A stretch of 64,000 nt of DNA from Octopus sinensis (lineage: Eukaryota): assembly GCF_006345805.1 (NCBI RefSeq), contig NC_043021.1, positions 10,726,001 through 10,790,000 on the forward strand, given 5' to 3'. Of the stretch, positions 62,527 through 64,000 are shown piece after piece (the first letter of the stretch is position 1; each line of letters opens with the position of its first letter). The notes under the pieces were generated by a model. It was given only the letters and a program-made list of their open reading frames with translations, searched no databases and was not told the DNA's origin. A program made the position numbers and the translations under genes.

Positions 62527-62664
62527 CTTTCTGACAAGTAGACCCAGTGTAACCATCTTGGCAAATGCCATCATAACACGAACCGTATATCTGATTACAC
62601 TGGGATATATTCTTGCAACGACATTGTTCGTGGCAGTTAAGACCAAACGTTCCAGCTGTACACA
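62527..62664 (-). CDS. EGF-repeat receptor (MEGF10/CED-1/Draper/PEAR1-like), 8-Cys module exon 1 in window
   Basis: tttcag|...|gtgagt, 138 nt, phase 1-1. CTAGTFGLNCHEQCRCKNISQCNQIYGSCYDGICQDGYTGSTCQK. Confidence 0.9.
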
Positions 62665-62946
62665 CTGAAAAGATATAAGAACAATCTTTAACAGGTACTA
62701 GATGGGGGAACAGATGTTTCATCACTAACAAGAGCTGTCAGTTACAATTTCTTACCGGGGCTGAAGGTGAGAATTTAAGTGGGTGGGGGTAACTATGGAT
62801 TAAATCAATCCCAGTATTTGACTGATATTGTATCAACCTCTCAAGGCTGAAAGGCAAAGCTAACACTGGCAGGATGCAAAGAGCCAGAAGAAAGTCTGCA
62901 GAAAAAAATCCACAGAAGCTCTAATAATTCTTCCAAACCATCAACT

Positions 62947-62981
<35 letters not shown>

Positions 62982-63771
62982 CCTTTCTACTAAAGGCACA
63001 AAGCCTGAAATTTAGTGGGCGGGGACTATTGGATTTCATTGACACCAGTGTTTCACTGGTACTTAATTTATTGACCCAAAAGGGTGAAACGCAAAGTCTA
63101 CCTTGGTGGAATTTGAACTCAGAGCATAGTGGCAGATGAAATACCGCTAAGCATTTTGCCCAGCATGCTAATGATTCTACCAGCTCACCACCTTACATAA
63201 TAATAATAATAATGTTTTCAGATTTTGCCACAAGGGCAGTAATTTTGGGGGGAGGGGATGAGTCGATTACATCAATCCCAGTGATCAACATAAAGCATTA
63301 CAACGCGAATATGAAATTTTTGGTTATCAATTTCAAATGTCAATGAAGGGTAGCCAGAATGAAAGATAACTCTATTTTTAGTCAGGAACAAAAAAAAAAA
63401 AAAAGATGCACTACACTCCAAGCAATATCCAAGTTTTAATTGTGCTATGTTACAGGTGAGTCCAATGAAGCATTAAAAGATTTAGCTTGAAAACACTTAG
63501 AACTTTCCGGATAACCTAATATAATATGTGTGTGTATGTGTATATACATGTAGATTTGCTTGTGTATAAAGCTTATGTGTGTGTGTATTCATGCAGGTCT
63601 ACTTACACAAGCCCCTATATGAATCTCTTCCCAACCGGTTCTTGTGACCTACAACTTTCTTCTCTATCTGGTCAGTTCCTACGACACTTCTTGACATTGT
63701 TTAAGAACTTTACAATGGATCCACACAGATAGTGAGCAACAGGCCACAACACATAAGTGCTAATGTGAAAC

Positions 63772-64000
63772 AGACCATAACATGTAATAACTATTGTGCA
63801 ATAGACTATGACATATGATAGCTACTGTGTAATAGACCATAACATATAATACCTACAGTGTAATCAACTGTGACACGTAACATCTGTGCAATAGAGCAAG
63901 ACATGTAATAGCTACAGTGTAATAGACCATAACATGTAATAGCTACTGTGCAATAGAGCATGACATACAATAGCTACTGTGCAATAGAGCATGACATACA
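63772..64000. repeat. 31-bp minisatellite running off the window end
   Basis: Consensus acatgtaatagctactgtgcaatagagcatg, about 7 units. Confidence 0.85.

Noticed and set aside
63560-63730. Possible further receptor exon ending at a GTAAGT donor near 63605
   Set aside because: No Cys pattern and no convincing acceptor/open-frame combination.

Overview
AT-rich, microsatellite- and SINE-dense animal genomic DNA. The repeat families look like those of Octopus (a coleoid cephalopod); this is recognition from memory, not a search. Two convergent spliced genes can be rebuilt by hand with consistent GT-AG sites and intron phases. (1) On +, the last six coding exons (271-11500) of an ACAP/centaurin-beta ArfGAP: ankyrin repeats and C-terminus. 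(2) On -, at least 11 coding exons (62664 down to 34742, 5' end outside the window) of a single-pass receptor of the MEGF10/CED-1/Draper/PEAR1 type. It has seven 8-Cys EGF-like exon modules, a TM exon, a Pro-rich juxtamembrane exon, and a cytoplasmic exon built from ten 33-nt repeats that, with one upstream YDEM, give eight YxxM motifs. Its introns hold a degraded Penelope-like element (RT + GIY-YIG) bracketed by inverted ~170-bp pseudo-LTRs, each with a type I hammerhead ribozyme. They also hold a tRNA-headed foldback SINE with minimal hammerhead-like motifs in both arms, and an inverted SINE pair next to the YxxM exon. Between the genes, a 7.65-kb (TA/TG/TATG)n array sits inside one SINE copy and has a 3.6-kb higher-order structure marked by four hairpin-rich islands. 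The rest is Tc1/mariner, hAT, piggyBac-type, Helitron-like, CR1 and RTE debris. The long His/Ile/Tyr/Thr and Met/Cys/Val/Tyr ORFs are microsatellite artefacts. Exon coordinates were checked base by base; repeat boundaries are approximate. Family names come from motif recall and need database confirmation.
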